64,000 nt of DNA from Campylobacterales bacterium (GCA_024278835.1 JAJRSK010000025.1:41907-105906), one strand, 5' to 3'; shown: positions 29,714 through 39,623, counted from the first letter of the stretch. Numbers and translations are program-made. The notes: generated by a model from the sequence alone, not told the origin.

Positions 29714-31186
29714 TTATGCACGGCCCGAAAGCATACCATATTGTGTCATTGGTTTAAGTGCGTATACTTTTAATAACCACCAGATATATCTCTCTTGTGT
29801 AGGGTCTAGAGGGAATGAAGGTGTTGGTTTTTTAGTCCAGTTAAACTCAGCCAACATAACAGTACCGATACTAGTGATAAGTGGACAAACCGTATAACCA
29901 GCATATTTTGCCGTCAACTCTTTGCCTTCCATTCTAGAGATAAGATTATCTACCACTACTTTATACTGCTTTCTTGCAGATCCACCTGTTTTACCCATAG
30001 GTACAGCAGCGATATCACCAAGTGCAAAAATATTATCAAATTTTACATGTTGTAATGTCTCTTTATTTACAGGAACCCAGCCTTTACCAGAACCAACTGG
30101 AGATTTTCCGATCTCTTCTGCTGCAACCATAGGAGGTGTAATATGCATAAAATCGTACTCTACTTCTACCTCTTTACTTTTCATCTCAACACCATACTCT
30201 TCAAGATCCTCATCCCAAGCACCTTTTTCTTTCCAATGTCTGTTGAATGTAGCAATCTTTTTCTCTGGGTTTACTTTGATAAGATTATGCCTATAGTTCC
30301 ACTTCATATCTCTTGCTTCAAATTGTTTTTGAATCGCATTATGATACTCAGTTACACCAAACATTTTACTACCGTTTGGATAGAAAGTAAGATCTGCATT
30401 TGCTCTAACACCTGCTTCTCTCAGTCTTGCATCTGTCAGATACATGATTTTCTTAGGAGCACCACCACATTTTACTGGTGTGTTTGGATGTGTAAATACA
30501 CCTTTTACTTTCTTGCCACTTTTTGCTTCTTCAATAAATTTTTGCATCTGTGTCCATGTGTCCACAGCACCATTAGCAAAATAGATTGAAGCAAGACCAT
30601 TTTTACCGATAACATGTCTTACAGCGCTATCATCACCACGTGTTGTAATCGATTCAGAGATACCAAGACCTTCGATTTTTGAGAAATCAAGTTTCAAACC
30701 AGCAGCTATAATCATAAAATCATATTTGATTGTTTTACCGCCACTTGTTGTAACCGAATTATTTGTAGGATCAAACTCCACAGCCTTCTCTTTAATCAAA
30801 GTAACGCCACTTGGTACAAAATCGTCTGTTTTGTAAGTAACATCATCGCCTGTCCACAAACCACCACCAACTAGTGTTTGTCCTGGTTGATATGATGTAG
30901 CAGTTTCACCCGGTTCAAGTACTGTAATATCAGGATTAGAAAGTGTATTTGACAATCTCGCCGCTGTTGACATACCTGCAAGTCCGCCACCAATGATAAG
31001 GATTTTACCATTTGCAGAACTAGCTCTTGCTTCCGTCGCCGCCTCCGCTTCTGTGCCAGCACCTAAAAGAAATGCCGTTGAACCCACTGCGGCCATCTTC
31101 ATAGCTTCTCTTCTTGAAACGCCATGCTTTCTTAATTCATCGCCAACCATGTCGACCATTTTTTTGATATCTTGTTCCTTGCTCAT
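29714..31186 (-). CDS. sqr: Sulfide:quinone oxidoreductase-family flavoprotein with a Tat signal
   Basis: SRREAMK twin-arginine signal. FAD motif IIGGGLAGM. SQR/SQRDL signatures PVKCGGAPKKIMYL and YTVCPLITSIGTVMLAEF. Confidence 0.75.
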   Translation of the reverse strand: MSKEQDIKKMVDMVGDELRKHGVSRREAMKMAAVGSTAFLLGAGTEAEAATEARASSANGKILIIGGGLAGMSTAARLSNTLSNPDITVLEPGETATSYQPGQTLVGGGLWTGDDVTYKTDDFVPSGVTLIKEKAVEFDPTNNSVTTSGGKTIKYDFMIIAAGLKLDFSKIEGLGISESITTRGDDSAVRHVIGKNGLASIYFANGAVDTWTQMQKFIEEAKSGKKVKGVFTHPNTPVKCGGAPKKIMYLTDARLREAGVRANADLTFYPNGSKMFGVTEYHNAIQKQFEARDMKWNYRHNLIKVNPEKKIATFNRHWKEKGAWDEDLEEYGVEMKSKEVEVEYDFMHITPPMVAAEEIGKSPVGSGKGWVPVNKETLQHVKFDNIFALGDIAAVPMGKTGGSARKQYKVVVDNLISRMEGKELTAKYAGYTVCPLITSIGTVMLAEFNWTKKPTPSFPLDPTQERYIWWLLKVYALKPMTQYGMLSGRA

Positions 31187-31361
31187 GCAGTTCCTTTATA
31201 ATTAAATGTGATGGAAATTGTATCCAATATTTTAGCAATGTCAACTGAATTGAAAAGAAAATAAATAATTATCTAGTTTTTTCGTCATTCGTTACAATTC
31301 TAGGAAAATATAGAGTTAAAAAAAACTTTAGATACAATAAATCTATACTAAAGGAACTATC

Positions 31362-32036
31362 ATGATAGCACTCTTATTAAAGTCATTTAAAGATTTTATG
31401 CACCCCAAAATATTACTCTATTCTCTTATCCCACTTTTTTTAGCTGCTTTAGTACTAGGAGGACTGTTTTACCTTCTACATACGCATATAGAAGGTTATT
31501 TCATCACCATTGCCAGCTATATCCCTTTTGTCTCAGCTGAATGGGTACAAAAAATATCTGAATCTTTTTTAGGAGTTTTTCTCTTTTACGAGTTTTGGAT
31601 TATGCTCTCTTTAGTCTTTGTGGGTCTTATCTCTGAAAAAGTGGTTGATTTTATCAATATTAAATATTACCAATTAGAAAAAAATGGCTTTGGTTCTGCA
31701 ACTGGTTCTATCATGATAGCCCTAAAATCCAATGCTATTTTCTTGATACTTTTCATCATAACCTCACCCCTACTCTTAATCCCACTTGTTAATATACTTT
31801 TACATATACTGCTATGGATGGTGATGTTAAAAGCACCGATGTATTATGATGCCTGCGCCTTCTATGCGACAAAATTACAATATAAACAGATACAAAAAAA
31901 GCACAAAAGCGGACTGAGATTTATCACACTAGTTTCTGCTTCTTTGTTACTCATCCCTTTTGTAGGTGTACTACTTTACGTGTTGCAACTTATCATGTAC
32001 ACACACTTTTCCCTCACAAAATTGAAGGAAGACTAA
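31362..32036 (+). CDS. EI24/CysZ-like membrane protein
   Basis: 224 aa with 4-5 TM segments. N-terminal pattern resembles the EI24/CysZ family. Weak assignment. Confidence 0.35.
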   Translation: MIALLLKSFKDFMHPKILLYSLIPLFLAALVLGGLFYLLHTHIEGYFITIASYIPFVSAEWVQKISESFLGVFLFYEFWIMLSLVFVGLISEKVVDFINIKYYQLEKNGFGSATGSIMIALKSNAIFLILFIITSPLLLIPLVNILLHILLWMVMLKAPMYYDACAFYATKLQYKQIQKKHKSGLRFITLVSASLLLIPFVGVLLYVLQLIMYTHFSLTKLKED

Positions 32037-32722
32037 TGTTCTTTGGGTGCCTCTTTTTTACCTAAGATTTTCAAATATTTTTTTGCTTTCATCTCTTTGC
32101 CTTTATAAACAACATGGGTTGCTATCTTTCTCTCACAGAGTTCTTGGGCACCCATCCAAAAATCCTGCCCTATTAGCATCTTTTCAAACTCTTTATCTGA
32201 TAAAAATCCCTGGTCTACGATGATTTTTCTAAAAAATGCTTTGATATGTGCATCCGTATGTTCCACCCTAGAGATGATTTCACCACCTTTACCACCCACA
32301 CCTGAAGAGTAGTTATGAAACATCAAGTCCGAATAGGGATAGATTACTCTTTTATCTCCCATACAAAAGAGTAATGCTCCCATACTATATCCATGGTTAT
32401 CAAGATATGTTGTCGTGCGGTTATGAAACTTTTCATTCATAAGGTTATAAAACTGTTTCCCCTCATTGACAAAACCACCACCAGAGTTAATTCGGATAAC
32501 AAGTCTATCATCGACTCCTGCTGTTCTAAGTTCATTTAAGACGGAGTGAAGCCCTCTTTTTAACTCCTTAAATCTCTCTATGTAAATCGTATAAATTTTG
32601 TGTTTAGCTCTTATCTCAACTATGTTTTTATGACGGTCTAAGGTGCGTCTAAATTCAGGTACTTGTTTTACAAAAAGTGTATGATTTTCGCTGCTTATTT
32701 CATTTGGTTTTTTACTTTCCAT
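32033..32722 (-). CDS. ClpP-fold (S14-like) serine protease homolog
   Basis: INSGGGFVNEG...GYSMGALLF...LMFHN aligns to the ClpP pattern (SPGG..., catalytic Ser in SMG, His in xHQ/HN). Confidence 0.55.
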   Translation of the reverse strand: MESKKPNEISSENHTLFVKQVPEFRRTLDRHKNIVEIRAKHKIYTIYIERFKELKRGLHSVLNELRTAGVDDRLVIRINSGGGFVNEGKQFYNLMNEKFHNRTTTYLDNHGYSMGALLFCMGDKRVIYPYSDLMFHNYSSGVGGKGGEIISRVEHTDAHIKAFFRKIIVDQGFLSDKEFEKMLIGQDFWMGAQELCERKIATHVVYKGKEMKAKKYLKILGKKEAPKEH

Positions 32723-32794
32723 CGACTTCCTTTATTCTGGATACTAGTTTACAATATCTATCATGATAAGAATATTAAATAACTTTGAATTAAT

Positions 32795-32830
32795 ATAACT
32801 AATAAATATATTTCATTTTTTATTAGTTAT
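32795..32830. promoter_or_regulatory. 12-bp inverted repeat upstream of the nfeD-SPFH operon
   Basis: ATAACTAATAAA-N12-TTTATTAGTTAT, followed by a TATAAT box at 32838..32843. Confidence 0.35.
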
Positions 32831-32861
32831 TCTCTCCTATAATGAAACAAAAAGGATTATC

Positions 32862-33317
32862 ATGATAGATTTTTTGATAGGCAATATGCTATGGTGGCAC
32901 TGGATAATCTTTGGAATAATCTTGGTAGTTAGCGAAATCATGGTGCCTCTTTTTGTCATCATTTGGTTTGGTTTAGCTGCTATCATTGTTGGTTTTATCG
33001 ATCTTCTTTTTGACACTCCATTCACTCTTGAGATTGCGATTTGGACGATACTCTCAGTAATTTTACTTTTTCTTTGGTTTCGATATTTCAAGGAGAAAAG
33101 TATCAGCAAAAGTGGTCAATCAGACTTTAGACTCAAAACCAAAGGTATCGTTATCGAAAAGATTCCTCATGGCGAGCGTGGAAAAGTGCGTTTTGAAGCT
33201 CCAGTACTAGGCAGTTCAGAGTGGCATGCCACAAGTGAAGAAAATCTAGAAGTTGATACAATAGTCCATATCGTAGAAGTCAATGGTCAGCTAATCAAAG
33301 TCGCTAAAGCGTCATAA
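32862..33317 (+). CDS. NfeD-family membrane protein (short form)
   Basis: Three N-terminal TM segments plus a C-terminal OB-fold segment (GKVRFEAPVLGSSEWHATSE...). Precedes an SPFH gene. Confidence 0.75.
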   Translation: MIDFLIGNMLWWHWIIFGIILVVSEIMVPLFVIIWFGLAAIIVGFIDLLFDTPFTLEIAIWTILSVILLFLWFRYFKEKSISKSGQSDFRLKTKGIVIEKIPHGERGKVRFEAPVLGSSEWHATSEENLEVDTIVHIVEVNGQLIKVAKAS

Positions 33318-33336
33318 AATAAAACAAGGATAAAAA

Positions 33337-34185
33337 ATGGAAATTTTAATAGTACTACTATTTGCCGTCATCATCACCCTCTTTGCAGGGATAAAAATCG
33401 TACCACAGGGGGAAGAGTGGGTCGTTGAACGTTTGGGAAAATATAGAAAAACCCTGAATCCTGGACTAAATATCATCATCCCCTATATGGATACAATACG
33501 CCAAAAAGTCTCCACACGTGATATCATCTTGGATATCCCACAACAAGAGGTGATCACCAAAGACAACGCTGTCATCTTGACAAATGCCATCGCCTTTGTG
33601 CGTGTTACTAATCCCCGTGATGCTGTGTATGGTATAGAAGATTTTAAACGCGCTATTCAAAACCTTATCATGACAACCTTGCGTTCTATCATCGGTGAGA
33701 TGAAACTTGATGAAGCCCTCTCTAACCGTGATCTCATCAAAGCTAGACTAAAAGACCAAATCATAGATGACGCGGCAGACTGGGGAGTCACCGTCAAGTC
33801 TGTGGAGATACAAGATATCACACCTTCTGGTTCTATGCAAGATGCTATGGAGCAACAAGCAGCCGCAGAGCGTGAACGACGCGCTGTAGAGACACGGGCA
33901 GAGGGAACAAAAAATGCGATGATTTTAGAATCTCAAGGTAAACTAGAAGCTGCTAGACTAGAAGCAACAGCCCAAGTAGCCCTATCAGAAGCCTCTGCGC
34001 AAGCTATCAAGAATGTCTCAGAAGCCATAGAAGATAAAGAGCTCCCAACAATGTTTTTACTCGGGGATAGATATATCAATACCTTAGAGAAGATGACTAT
34101 GAGTCCTAACTCTAAATTTGTCGTCTATCCTGCGGATTTACAAGGTGCTATCAAGGGAATGTTAGGATCTGTTCTTAAAAAATAA
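33337..34185 (+). CDS. SPFH/band-7 (stomatin-like) protein
   Basis: N-terminal TM, SPFH core and an Ala/Glu-rich coiled coil (EQQAAAERERRA). Confidence 0.85.
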   Translation: MEILIVLLFAVIITLFAGIKIVPQGEEWVVERLGKYRKTLNPGLNIIIPYMDTIRQKVSTRDIILDIPQQEVITKDNAVILTNAIAFVRVTNPRDAVYGIEDFKRAIQNLIMTTLRSIIGEMKLDEALSNRDLIKARLKDQIIDDAADWGVTVKSVEIQDITPSGSMQDAMEQQAAAERERRAVETRAEGTKNAMILESQGKLEAARLEATAQVALSEASAQAIKNVSEAIEDKELPTMFLLGDRYINTLEKMTMSPNSKFVVYPADLQGAIKGMLGSVLKK

Positions 34186-35142
34186 ATCAACCAAAGTGCT
34201 ATCCAATTGATAGCGCTTATTCGCCACCTCTTTTATAGATTTGTGGTTAAAAAAGCCATTGTTATAACAGACAATGGCATCCTTTTTTCCCTCTAACAAT
34301 CCATCTATCCCAAAGTGCACAAAACGATATGCCATCAGTCTATCTCTTGATGTAGGATTTCCCCCTCTTTGGGTGTGACCTAGCACCGTCACCCTCGCCT
34401 CGATACCTATCTTTTCTTCAAACCACTTGGCTATCATGATAGGTTCCTCTTTTATCCCCTCAGAAACAACTGCTAAAAAATATCCCCTACCTTTTTTTAG
34501 CGCATCTTTAAATCTCTCTTCATAAAAAGTTAAATCATAAGTCACTTCAGGAATCAAACAGAGCTCCGCACCAGAAGTCAGCGCTGAGACCAAAGCCAGA
34601 TACCCGCAATCTCTGCCCATCGTCTCTACCACAAAAGCCCGTTTAAAAGAAGATGCCGTATCACGTATATGATCTAGTGATGTTCGTATACTATTAAGCG
34701 CTGTATCCACGCCTAAGCAATACTCCGTGCCCACGATATCATTGTCAATAGTAGAAGGAACTCCCGCAAAAGCAATACCATGTTCTTTGTAAAAGATATC
34801 CATCCCACGAAAACTTCCATCCCCACCTAATACAAGCAATTTATCTATACCATGTTTATCCAAATTCTCTTTTGCTTTGCGCCGATAGCTTACCTCTAAA
34901 AAACGCTTAGACCTTGCCGAACCTATCTTGGTGCCACCACGAAAGATGATTCCCTGCACATTACAATAACTCGCTTCATGGATGTTATCATCTATCAAGC
35001 CTTCAAATCCATCATAGATAAAAAAAGGTGTGAGATTTTTTTCTTTAGCATACTCAACAAAATGTTTGATAGCAGGATTCATACCTGAGACGTCACCGCC
35101 GGAACAGAGGATGGCAATATTGCCTTGTGATTTGTTTATCAT
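34162..35142 (-). CDS. pfkA: 6-phosphofructokinase
   Basis: PFK motifs SGGDVSGMN, GGDGS, TIDND, MGR and GHTQRGG. Confidence 0.85.
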   Translation of the reverse strand: MINKSQGNIAILCSGGDVSGMNPAIKHFVEYAKEKNLTPFFIYDGFEGLIDDNIHEASYCNVQGIIFRGGTKIGSARSKRFLEVSYRRKAKENLDKHGIDKLLVLGGDGSFRGMDIFYKEHGIAFAGVPSTIDNDIVGTEYCLGVDTALNSIRTSLDHIRDTASSFKRAFVVETMGRDCGYLALVSALTSGAELCLIPEVTYDLTFYEERFKDALKKGRGYFLAVVSEGIKEEPIMIAKWFEEKIGIEARVTVLGHTQRGGNPTSRDRLMAYRFVHFGIDGLLEGKKDAIVCYNNGFFNHKSIKEVANKRYQLDSTLVDLFFKNRS

Positions 35143-35231
35143 GATAGCTCTTTTGAGGGTATTATACTAAAGGGAAGGTAAAAAAATAGGAGGGTTTGTA
35201 ATGTACAAGCTAAAAAGCTTGCACATAAGAG

Positions 35232-35495
35232 TTATCTAAAATCCGCGAAAGGATTGTCGATAAGTTTAGTTCTTGATGCTACATATGGAATGATCGCTGC
35301 GTGTCTTGCACGTTTGATTGCATTTTCAACCATTACTTGATGTTTTTTACAGTTTCCCGTTAAACGTCTAGGCATGATTTTATATCTCTCTGAGAGAGAA
35401 AATTTAAATGCGCTAGGATTTTTATAATCTAAAAAATCCACTTTTCCTTCACAATATCTACAATATTTCTTTGAATATTTTCTTCTTTCTGCCAT
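35232..35495 (-). CDS. rpsR: 30S ribosomal protein S18
   Basis: 87 aa with the S18 pattern (CRYCE...IDYKN...RITG). rpsF-ssb-rpsR order. Confidence 0.9.
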   Translation of the reverse strand: MAERRKYSKKYCRYCEGKVDFLDYKNPSAFKFSLSERYKIMPRRLTGNCKKHQVMVENAIKRARHAAIIPYVASRTKLIDNPFADFR

Positions 35496-35543
35496 AATTT
35501 TTCCTTAAATTGTTATCATTTTTTTGCTTAAAGCGACTAGTCG

Positions 35544-35608
35544 CGTGAGCCCTGCGCTGAGCAGAACAAAGCGTTAGCGTAGCCATTTTGGGCTTTGCTC
35601 AAAATGCG
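35544..35608. repeat. Intergenic hairpin repeat, copy B
   Basis: Aligns to 6201..6264. Stem CATTTTG / CAAAATG (compensatory relative to copy A) around the same loop GGCTTTGCT. Preceded by the palindrome GCGACTAGTCGC. Confidence 0.6.
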
Positions 35609-35611
35609 TCT

Positions 35612-36091
35612 TTAAAATGGTATTTCATCATCATTAATGTCTATCGATGGGACATCATTTGATGGTGCTTGATACGCTTGCTGTTGCTGCTGTGGCGCTG
35701 CTTGTTGTTGTGGCGCACTACTTGGTGCTTGGTTATAGTTTCCACCGCCACCACCAGGGTTGTCACCTTTAGAATCAAGCATCGTCATATTTTCTATAGT
35801 CACAGAATGCTTGCTTCTTTTGCCACCATTTTGATCTGTCCAAGAGTCAAGTTTTAATCTTCCTTCAACAAGGAGTTTAGACCCTTTTCTAAGATACTGA
35901 TTCATCACTTCTGCCGTACGCCCAAATGCTGTGATGTCTACAAAAAGAACTTCTTCTTTCATCTGACCATCACCACCTTTGAACTTTCTTGTAGATGCGA
36001 TACCAGTACTACCGATAGCTGTACCACTAGGTGCATACTTTAGTTCTATATCTCTTGTTAAATTTCCGACTATTATCACTTTATTGAACAT
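35612..36091 (-). CDS. ssb: Single-stranded DNA-binding protein
   Basis: OB-fold N-terminus (MFNKVIIVGNLTRD), Gly/Gln/Pro-rich linker, and an acidic tip DDEIPF. Confidence 0.95.
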   Translation of the reverse strand: MFNKVIIVGNLTRDIELKYAPSGTAIGSTGIASTRKFKGGDGQMKEEVLFVDITAFGRTAEVMNQYLRKGSKLLVEGRLKLDSWTDQNGGKRSKHSVTIENMTMLDSKGDNPGGGGGNYNQAPSSAPQQQAAPQQQQQAYQAPSNDVPSIDINDDEIPF

Positions 36092-36108
36092 ATCAATCTG
36101 CCTTTATC

Positions 36109-36561
36109 TTATTCAGCACTCTCAGCTTTTGGTTGCGCTGCTGGAGTTTCTGCTTTTACTTCAGTTTTTTCTTCTGCCGCTGGAGCTTCTGTTTTCACTT
36201 CTGCCTTTGCTGCTTTTGCTGCTGATTTCTTACTAACATTGGCTACCAATTTATCCCATTGAGTAACTTCTTTTTTACTTTCAAATTTGATATTTAAAAA
36301 TCTAAGAACATTTTCATCAAGTCTAAGATTTCTGAGTACCTCTTCCATAGCAGCTGGAGGTGCTATAAAGTAAATTACAAAGTAATAACCTCTCTCAGCT
36401 TTTTCGATTTCGTAAGCAAGTTTTCTTACACCCATCTCATCAACAATCTTAATTTCAGCACCGTTTTTTGTTAAAACGTCTTTAAAAAACTCTAATCTAC
36501 CTTGTACTTCCTCTTCAGTCAGTGTAGGTTTTACTACAAATAGTAGTTCATAATGTTTCAT
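36109..36561 (-). CDS. rpsF: 30S ribosomal protein S6 with an Ala/Glu/Lys-rich C-terminal extension
   Basis: [12 protein letters not shown]... S6 N-terminus. Confidence 0.9.
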   Translation of the reverse strand: MKHYELLFVVKPTLTEEEVQGRLEFFKDVLTKNGAEIKIVDEMGVRKLAYEIEKAERGYYFVIYFIAPPAAMEEVLRNLRLDENVLRFLNIKFESKKEVTQWDKLVANVSKKSAAKAAKAEVKTEAPAAEEKTEVKAETPAAQPKAESAE

Positions 36562-36645
36562 ACATTTCCTTTTGGTTTTTCTAGCTCAAGCCTTATAAGT
36601 TGAGCAAGGTTCTTAGCTGTTATTACAGATAAGTTCGCGATAGTA

Positions 36646-37626
36646 CTATAAAAATGTTTGAAGTTTTATTAAAGCAGAATATAAATAAGTATTTTTATCT
36701 AGATTTGAGGAAGTTTTGAGTTGGAATTCTGCTTCTAAGAGGTGTGTTAACATCGCTTGATAGACTTCTAACTTTATCTTGGTGCTCTGCGTGGCACGTT
36801 CTTGCACAAGGGCAGGCGGCAGAGGAAATCCTAGTATCTCGATAGCATCATACCTACCATGCACGGTGATATAGGTTCTAAACATCATCAGTTGTACGAT
36901 ATAGGCTTGCATGGCGTTGATGATACGTATCTCATCAGAACTCCCTGCATCAAGAAGTTGTTTTAAATCCTCTTTTATCTCTTCACCGGCTAAAAAATGT
37001 TTGATGAAATTATCCATACTCATAGCACCCATGCCAAAAACATGCGTATCTATATCTTGTACTTCGACTTTTTTATCTAAAAGAAGAAGTTTTTCTAGTT
37101 CATTGGCAGAGAGTGCGATATCTTCATTTTGGACCATAAAGAGGTGTTGCAGAGCAAAGTTATCTATCCCAAGTCCTATTTTTCCAGCACGTTTAGCAAG
37201 GATGGCCACCGCTTCTGAAAGATTTGGCTTGAAAAAACGGACAAAGTCTGCCTTTTTCTTTTTAGAGAATGACTTGGTGATATCTTTAGCAATCTTATCC
37301 TCTCCCGAAAATTCATAAACAAAAAAGCTATTAGCATTTTTCTCACAAAATCCGACCAAGGTGTCTATCTCTTTTTTAGGGATTTTTTTATTGCCTTTGA
37401 TATACAGCACAGAGATATCCCCAAAAAGAGAGGGTTGAGAGATATAGTTTTTGGCACTTTCAAAATGGTACTCTTCAAAATAAAATGACAATATATTCTC
37501 TTTTTCACCTATCTTATTTGCGATAAACTTTGCATAAGTTGATGAAGCAAAGTCCTCCCCATAAAGTAGCAGGGATTTAGGAAGATTACCCGCACCTATC
37601 ATAGAGTCGAGTTCGCGTTTATACAT
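36646..37626 (-). CDS. holA: DNA polymerase III delta subunit
   Basis: Size, N-terminal pattern (LPKSLLLYGED) and position between rnr and rpsF. Moderate assignment. Confidence 0.6.
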   Translation of the reverse strand: MYKRELDSMIGAGNLPKSLLLYGEDFASSTYAKFIANKIGEKENILSFYFEEYHFESAKNYISQPSLFGDISVLYIKGNKKIPKKEIDTLVGFCEKNANSFFVYEFSGEDKIAKDITKSFSKKKKADFVRFFKPNLSEAVAILAKRAGKIGLGIDNFALQHLFMVQNEDIALSANELEKLLLLDKKVEVQDIDTHVFGMGAMSMDNFIKHFLAGEEIKEDLKQLLDAGSSDEIRIINAMQAYIVQLMMFRTYITVHGRYDAIEILGFPLPPALVQERATQSTKIKLEVYQAMLTHLLEAEFQLKTSSNLDKNTYLYSALIKLQTFL

Positions 37627-39568
37627 CTTCTATCTTCCCCACAACACTAGCGATGATTTTAGTTGTGGTGATATGCGCTTCAACTATCTCTACTTTGACC
37701 TTATCAAAAAGTTCTACCTCAGCCCCTAGCAAAAAGACTCTTGCCCCTGAAATATCACCTTCTATATACGCTGTTGGCACGGATGAACTCACATCTGTCA
37801 CCATCGCTACAAAAGTTTTACCGATATTCTCTTTTGCCCATCTCGCATACTTTCTATCTGAATAATCCCAAGCACACTTGGCACTCTCTCGCTCAAGTTC
37901 GCTCACACGCAGTGCGATGACATCTGCATTGCCCACGATATAAGCGATTTGTTCTTTGTTACCTATCATGATAGCTTTGATGAGACGATGCACTATCAAA
38001 TCACTATATCGTCTGATTGGTGAAGTAAAGTGCGTGTACGTAGCAAACCCCAAACCAAAGTGTCCACCATCATTTTCCGCTGTGTACTGTGCCTGTTTTT
38101 GGGTTCGAATGATGAGTTGGTCTACCTCTTTACGAAGTCCTTTTTCATCCGATTTTTTCTGTAATTCTCGGATAGTTTTATAGATATCATCATAACTCTG
38201 CGCAAAAATTCCTATCTCTTCCAGGGAGTTTAGTAACTCATCTATTTTTTCATACGTTGGCACACCATGCGTTCTAAACATCCCTTTTTCATACTTGTTA
38301 GCGGCTGCTTTGTTGGCTAAGAGCATCGCATCTTCTATCAGAGCATGAGAAGGTGTCTCACTCTCTACACGTGTAGCGATGAGATTTTGATTTTCATCAA
38401 GTATCATGCGTACCTCCTCGGAGGCAAATTCACAACCATTGGCTAAACGTTTCTTTTTGACCTTGAGTAAAAACTTTTGCAGGGGTTCTAAATAACCCCA
38501 TATCAAGGCATCTATCTCTCTTTTTTTCGAGAAATCCCCCGCCAAAAATGCGTCGATTTCATCATACGTGTAACGACGCTGTGAGTGGATAAGCGCATTC
38601 ATCACCTCTTCTTTTATCGGCTCTAAACTGACAGGGTCAAGAGTGATTTTAAAAGTAAAGGCGAGTCTATCGACATCTGGTTTTAATGAACAGATATTTT
38701 CACTCAGACTGCGTGGTAACATCGGGATAGACTTATGCGGGAAATAGATAGAAAATCCCCGTGCCTTTGCCTCTTTGTCAAGTTCAGAATCCTCCACCAC
38801 ATAGGTACTCACATCTGCAATAGCCACATAAAGCGTCGTCGTCTCCACATCAAAATAGATAGCATCATCAAAATCCTTCGCATCAGGAGGATCAATAGTA
38901 CAAAAAGGCAGATGTGTCAAATCCACTCTATCAGGGTATTCATCCTTATAAACACTATCGCCATGCGCCTTGGCATCTGCTTCAGCCTGCGAGGAGAAAA
39001 ACTCTGACTTATTGTAAAGCCCTAGCGAAATCTTTTCATCCACTTTTGGGTCACTCAAAACACCTAGCACTTCCATGATGGAAGAGGTATAGTTATCTAT
39101 CTTTAAGACCGTACCCAAAGGCAACTCTCTTAGTGCTTTTTGTGAAGAGGCGATAGTCATCGGCAACTCTGTCTTGATATTTTTCACCAAGATTTGCCCT
39201 TGTGCCTCTTCTGTATATGCCACACTCACAGCATTGGCGCGTTTTAATATGAGGATAACTTTTGCTTTGGCACCCTTTTTGGAAAAGAGTCTCTTCACCA
39301 AAACGATATCACCTTTATAGGCGTTATTGAGATTAAAATCATCAATGGTCAAATCTTTAGAGCGCTCATTACCAAAGGCATCGAGATAGCCTGTACCATT
39401 GCGTGAGACATCCAAGATACCCACACGGTACTTTGAATCGAGCTTCATCACACCCATCTTTGTTTTGAGTGCTTTTTGTAAAGTAAGTTTTTGTACCAAC
39501 TCTTCAAATTCAGCAGGTATATCTGCGACCTTGATGCCATGCGTCAGCGCTAATAGGAAATTTTTCAT
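37619..39568 (-). CDS. rnr: Ribonuclease R (RNB family 3'-5' exoribonuclease)
   Basis: RNB catalytic motifs (DPPDAKDFDDA, HFGL...YTHFTSPIRRYSDL) and a C-terminal S1-like domain. Confidence 0.85.
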   Translation of the reverse strand: MKNFLLALTHGIKVADIPAEFEELVQKLTLQKALKTKMGVMKLDSKYRVGILDVSRNGTGYLDAFGNERSKDLTIDDFNLNNAYKGDIVLVKRLFSKKGAKAKVILILKRANAVSVAYTEEAQGQILVKNIKTELPMTIASSQKALRELPLGTVLKIDNYTSSIMEVLGVLSDPKVDEKISLGLYNKSEFFSSQAEADAKAHGDSVYKDEYPDRVDLTHLPFCTIDPPDAKDFDDAIYFDVETTTLYVAIADVSTYVVEDSELDKEAKARGFSIYFPHKSIPMLPRSLSENICSLKPDVDRLAFTFKITLDPVSLEPIKEEVMNALIHSQRRYTYDEIDAFLAGDFSKKREIDALIWGYLEPLQKFLLKVKKKRLANGCEFASEEVRMILDENQNLIATRVESETPSHALIEDAMLLANKAAANKYEKGMFRTHGVPTYEKIDELLNSLEEIGIFAQSYDDIYKTIRELQKKSDEKGLRKEVDQLIIRTQKQAQYTAENDGGHFGLGFATYTHFTSPIRRYSDLIVHRLIKAIMIGNKEQIAYIVGNADVIALRVSELERESAKCAWDYSDRKYARWAKENIGKTFVAMVTDVSSSVPTAYIEGDISGARVFLLGAEVELFDKVKVEIVEAHITTTKIIASVVGKIEDV

Positions 39569-39623
39569 AAGATTATAGTAACGAAAAAGGATTTAGAAGT
39601 CGCCTTTAGGTAAGATAACCCTC

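Noticed and set aside
36109-36561. The Ala/Glu/Lys-rich C-terminal tail of S6 as a fused extra domain.
   Set aside because: It is a low-complexity extension of a kind seen on ribosomal proteins. There is no independent ORF signal.
37596-37604. CTATCATAG (the palindrome minus 3 nt) at 37596, 49877 and 51361, plus CTATGATAG at 14151, as in-frame decay products of the iterated palindrome.
   Set aside because: Four copies of a 9-mer of this composition on both strands is only a few-fold above a rough chance expectation. This is not significant on one window.
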